DNA of 64,000 nucleotides from Planctomycetota bacterium (GTDB taxonomy: Bacteria > Planctomycetota > UBA1135 > UBA2386): contig OZ245838.1 of assembly GCA_965228735.1 (NCBI GenBank), positions 5,152,001 through 5,216,000 of the forward strand. The letters run 5' to 3'. A program made the position numbers and the translations under genes. Positions within the stretch are counted from its first letter, which is position 1. Each line of letters begins with the position of its first letter. This document shows, piece by piece, positions 60,585 to 64,000 of this stretch. Under the pieces are notes generated by a model. The model saw nothing but the letters and a program-made list of their open reading frames with translations, was not told the DNA's origin and made no database searches.

Positions 60585-60693
60585 GACTCTCCTAGGTTGT
60601 GATGACTCCGCGATGAACGCGGACACCTCCCACAGGGGGAGAGGCTACACCGACCGTGGCCGCTGAGGGAACCCCTTCGCGAGGAAGAGGTTG

Positions 60694-60878
60694 CCTACGT
60701 GCCGACGAGCCGGTGAACTGCGATCCACACCAAGCCCACGATTGCCGCGGCAGCCCAGAATCCGAGTCCGTAGAGAAGCCCGTCGATCAGGCTGAGGCGG
60801 ACTCTGTAGCCCACAGGTTGCTTCGTGTGTTGCATCGTTGCTCCCGGCATCGAGTGCAGTGGGAGGGGATGCGCTGGC
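60694..60878. repeat. Direct repeat copy 2
   Basis: Matches 54292-54466. Confidence 0.92.
60695..60835 (-). CDS. 46-aa single-TM peptide
   Basis: MQHTKQPVGYRVRLSLIDGLLYGLGFWAAAAIVGLVWIAVHRLVGT*, with GGGAG SD 6 nt upstream of the ATG. Confidence 0.6.
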   Translation of the reverse strand: MQHTKQPVGYRVRLSLIDGLLYGLGFWAAAAIVGLVWIAVHRLVGT

Positions 60879-61096
60879 AGGGCTGCGGGGCAGATAAGTG
60901 TGCCGACGGGAGCTACGGGAAAAGGGGAAGAAGGAGAGTCAGTCTTTGCGTCCGTCGAGCGGACAACCCCCGGCACTTGTGTGTCGCGGATGATAGCACG
61001 TCGCTGGGTTCCGCGCAGTCGCCGGCGCCAGCGGGCGTGCCTCTGGCCTTCTCCGTGAACGCTACTGGAGGGCGCCCGTGTCGCGGTGGCCCGGGG

Positions 61097-61447
61097 TCAC
61101 GCGAGGGCGGTCGCCACAAGCGCCTGCACGCGCTCGAGCGCGTCCCGTAGCCGTTCCCGCTCGCTCTCGACCTGCTGAACCGCAGCGAGCACGTTCGCCG
61201 GGCCCGTCGAAGGCGCGGTCCTCGGTCGGCGCGCGCTGCGTGTGGCGTTCCCCTTCGACTTCTTGCCTCTGCCGCGAACCTGGTAGACCAGCGGTAGCGA
61301 GCAGCCGACCTTCTTCGCGATGTCGACCGGCGCCACTCCGGTTTTCAGCAGCGCACGGATCTGATCCGACTTCGAGTTCGGGTTTCTGGCCACTGGCTTG
61401 CGCCGAGTCTTCCGCTTCTTCGCGGTCGTCTTCTTTCGTGTCGCCAT
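61097..61447 (-). CDS. Small basic HTH protein with C-terminal coiled coil
   Basis: K/R-rich N-terminus, SKSDQIRALL..G....DIAKKVGCS..LVY HTH, and ERERLRDALERVQ. Confidence 0.7.
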   Translation of the reverse strand: MATRKKTTAKKRKTRRKPVARNPNSKSDQIRALLKTGVAPVDIAKKVGCSLPLVYQVRGRGKKSKGNATRSARRPRTAPSTGPANVLAAVQQVESERERLRDALERVQALVATALA

Positions 61448-61714
61448 CGTAGTTGGATTCTTCGCGTGGCGTTGTGGCGACGCGACAGTTCTGTCCGGAA
61501 ATCGGTGACCGAAAATCGAACGGAAGTCGGGCTACAGCCCCGGCTCCTCTCGGATGGGAATTAAGGGCGTGGCTACTTTTTGTTGGAGCTGTCCATGTTG
61601 CGGCTGTGAAGCAGCTTGCAGTTGCGCGGCGTTCGCTTGCCTGTCCGTGTTCGCATGGCGCTCTTAAGGGGGTGGCGTAGGAGTCAGTGGACCCCGTCGG
61701 AAGAAAAGGCCCCT

Positions 61715-62233
61715 ATGAATCGAGACGCGACTGCGAGATCTCATGGCGCTGAGTTGTGGAGTCAGCTTCCAGCGCGACTGATGGCGTGGCAGCGGTCGAA
61801 GGCGGCTGACCCCAGGCTTGACCTCGAGAACGAAGTCGCCGAGACCGTTGGGTTGGCGTGGGATCGCTTCGGTGATGACCCGTGCGTCCGCGATGTGACT
61901 CGATGGTCGCGCAAGGTTCTGTCGCGGCGGGTGCAGCCGGCGCGTCACGCGCTCCGTCTTCGCACGGTCACGGACCATCGGGTTGAAACCCTGGTCGACG
62001 CCGCGCCAAATGCGGAGCAGCTGGCGGAAGCACGTGAGTGGATCGACACGGCACGGGCGATGCTCGCGGAGGGCGAGCGGCACACGTTTGACCTGATTCG
62101 GCAGGGGGTTACCACAAACACGGAGATTGCCGAGATGCGGGAGGCGTCGCTGCGATGCGTGGAGAAGTCGAGGCTTGCGGTCCGGCGGTGCGTGGAGCAG
62201 TTGTCGGGCAGTTTTCCTCACTTGTGCGGGTAG
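61715..62233 (+). CDS. Divergent ECF-sigma/LuxR-like HTH protein
   Basis: DLENEVAETV..AW resembles region 2. L.E.ER..F.L...G..TN.EIAE...S...V...R resembles region 4. Confidence 0.55.
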   Translation: MNRDATARSHGAELWSQLPARLMAWQRSKAADPRLDLENEVAETVGLAWDRFGDDPCVRDVTRWSRKVLSRRVQPARHALRLRTVTDHRVETLVDAAPNAEQLAEAREWIDTARAMLAEGERHTFDLIRQGVTTNTEIAEMREASLRCVEKSRLAVRRCVEQLSGSFPHLCG

Positions 62234-62260
62234 AGGGCCTCTCAGCCCTTTACATAGGTG

Positions 62261-64000
62261 ATGAGAACGAGATCCATCGCTGGCGAGCATCAGACTCTCT
62301 CCCCATTTCAGCACTCGAGAGTTGTTGGCCAAGGGAGCGCCCGCTCCTTTGGGATTGCCCGGACTCGCCGGGTGCTAGGCGGCGGATCGAAAGGTGGTCT
62401 CGCCGAGCTGACGCGAATGATCGTCGCATTCGCAGTTCTCGTGGCAGTCGCGTCCGCTCAGACGTCAGCTTCGCCGCCCACCAAGCCCGATCCTTGCCCC
62501 AAGGAGAGGGGCATTGAGCTGACGCAGCCCATCACCGACCACCGCGGTGATGTTGAGGTCGAGGTTCACGGAAGCGACGACGAGGAGGATGACGTCCCCA
62601 TCACGGGAGTGCCGACAGGGGGGGAGACAGAGGGGCAGGGCGGGGGCTGCATCCTCGACAGCAATCCGGCGCGATGCGGCGATGACACTGGGCAGGTTCG
62701 GCAAGTGCCGGAAAAGCCCGTCGAGCCTAGCAGTGGCGTGGGCGCTTGTCCTCCCACTGGGCAACCCGGGTATGTCTACCTCCAAAACAACATATGCGAG
62801 TGGAAAGACGTCAACAATGACGCAGCCCTCGAGTGCGTGTGTGAGATATCGCTCCGGCCGCCCGGCTCTATGCCACCACCACCCGTATACAGTCCCGCCG
62901 ATCCGGTTGCTTACCCTGGCGGATTCTACATAGCCGACGCTCGTGACGGGGTGATCAAATACTCATTCTGGGATGCCAACGGAAACAAGCTGCCGCGCAT
63001 AGAGATCAGGAAGCCCGACGGTTCGATCTACCGGTATGAGGAGATCAATATCGTACCAAACGTGCGATCCTACAAGCTCGTAGAGGCGCTCGACTCGCAC
63101 GACAACACGACGAAGTACGAATGGGACGTGAACGGTCGATTGACCGAGGTTCATAGGCCCGACGGGATCACCGAGTCATGGAACTACGCGCCGTCATGGA
63201 TTGACAACGCAATCTGGCATCCAGCGAACTACTCCGGCATCGAGATCACGTATTACGACCACGTTAACCTGACGAGCTTGCCGGAACTGACTTGGTATCT
63301 GCTCTTCAAGAAGAATGGTGGCGGGCCACTCTTAGGCGATCTGCTCTATCGCAAGTACGCGCCGCGGGCCGACTACTTAGCCGACACTGCGGCCCTCGGT
63401 GGTCAGCTCTACGACGAAAGCTCAAAGGCTGTTGGGCACTCGGTGTACCAGTTCACCTATGAGCCCGATCCTAATCAGGTCTTGATCGAGCGGGTCGAGC
63501 AGTTCATTGCAGGGAGCATCCTTCCTAACACTGAAGGTCCATCCGAGACTGTGAGGGAGTTCGAGTGGGTTCTCGCGGGCGACCGGAAGCGGGTGCAGAA
63601 AGAGACGGTCTCGCTCACTGGAGAGGTTTACACGTTCACCTATACCGTGGATCCGGCCGAGGACTCTAGGGTTCTAGAGTCACGTCGCACAGCCTCGGAC
63701 GGAACGGTCCTGATTACGAAGCTGGATGATCACCAGCGCCCGACAGAGGTGACGACGATCCCGACCAATGATAGCGATGGCCGTCCCCGCGCATTTGATA
63801 CTGACAACGGGGGGCACGAAGAGCCAACCCAAATCACCCTGAAGTACGAGTATTCGGATTGTATTTCGTGCGAGTCTCGGCCGACAAAGATAGAGCACTG
63901 GGCCAATGGGAGTTTCACCGGTCGCAGTGTAGAGTACGACTACGACGCGATTACCGGTTATGTGACCGAAGAGCGGGTGATGGATCCGTCAGATGGGGTT
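62261..64000 (+). CDS. Rhs/YD-repeat protein, N-terminal part (runs off window; start 62261 or 62417)
   Basis: Frame read by hand appears open to the window end. Signal-like MIVAFAVLVAVASAQ, and YD-type repeats YEWDVNGRLTEVHRPDG and YDYDAITGYVTEE. Confidence 0.8.
   Translation, partial: MRTRSIAGEHQTLSPFQHSRVVGQGSARSFGIARTRRVLGGGSKGGLAELTRMIVAFAVLVAVASAQTSASPPTKPDPCPKERGIELTQPITDHRGDVEVEVHGSDDEEDDVPITGVPTGGETEGQGGGCILDSNPARCGDDTGQVRQVPEKPVEPSSGVGACPPTGQPGYVYLQNNICEWKDVNNDAALECVCEISLRPPGSMPPPPVYSPADPVAYPGGFYIADARDGVIKYSFWDANGNKLPRIEIRKPDGSIYRYEEINIVPNVRSYKLVEALDSHDNTTKYEWDVNGRLTEVHRPDGITESWNYAPSWIDNAIWHPANYSGIEITYYDHVNLTSLPELTWYLLFKKNGGGPLLGDLLYRKYAPRADYLADTAALGGQLYDESSKAVGHSVYQFTYEPDPNQVLIERVEQFIAGSILPNTEGPSETVREFEWVLAGDRKRVQKETVSLTGEVYTFTYTVDPAEDSRVLESRRTASDGTVLITKLDDHQRPTEVTTIPTNDSDGRPRAFDTDNGGHEEPTQITLKYEYSDCISCESRPTKIEHWANGSFTGRSVEYDYDAITGYVTEERVMDPSDGV

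Larger units (their letters stand above)
26191..64000. mobile_element. tRNA-Pro-integrated element/genomic island (satellite- or IME-like core with defence and toxin cargo); right end not seen
   Basis: Integrase starts about 125 bp after the tRNA 3' end. Replication module, visibly more AT-rich codon usage and defence cargo follow. No duplicated tRNA 3' end found by eye. Confidence 0.8.

Noticed and set aside
54292..60878. Repeat pair as a DGR template/variable repeat
   Set aside because: Differences include indels and are not confined to adenines, and there is no reverse transcriptase in the window.
26191..64000. attR copy of the tRNA-Pro 3' end
   Set aside because: Not found by eye; the right boundary cannot be called in this window.

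Overview
High-GC bacterial window. The gene repertoire (futalosine-pathway mqnC/mqnE, ECF sigma with Ser/Thr kinases, FG-GAP and Gly-rich exported proteins, a DUF1580-like gene) suggests an uncultured Planctomycetota lineage; this is inference. Bases 1-~26,100 are host backbone. At 26114-26190 a tRNA-Pro(GGG) is followed by a tyrosine integrase and a visibly lower-GC integrated element that appears to run past the window end (no second att copy seen). The element has five parts. (1) A satellite/IME-like core: int, DUF1580-like protein, Zn-finger/TOPRIM primase, AAA+ helicase-like protein and an octamer-iteron origin. (2) A translationally coupled operon: DUF669-like, a degenerate ATPase-dead ComM fragment, RadC/JAB and a serine recombinase. 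(3) A methyltransferase-free defence hotspot: ATPase-REase fusion, GIY-YIG, GmrSD coupled to an ABC-ATPase/TOPRIM protein, and a four-domain SRA/double-nuclease protein. (4) A run of ORFans. (5) A direct-repeat-flanked cassette (MBL hydrolase lipoprotein, two DUF2235/Tle1-like lipases, Bor-like lipoprotein) interrupted by an IS256 with a perfect 8-bp TSD, followed by an Rhs/YD protein absent from the ORF track. The strongest novelty candidates are the mini-ComM/RadC operon, the GmrSD plus ATPase-TOPRIM pair, and the lipase/Bor/MBL cassette. All family assignments come from motif recognition by eye, not database searches.
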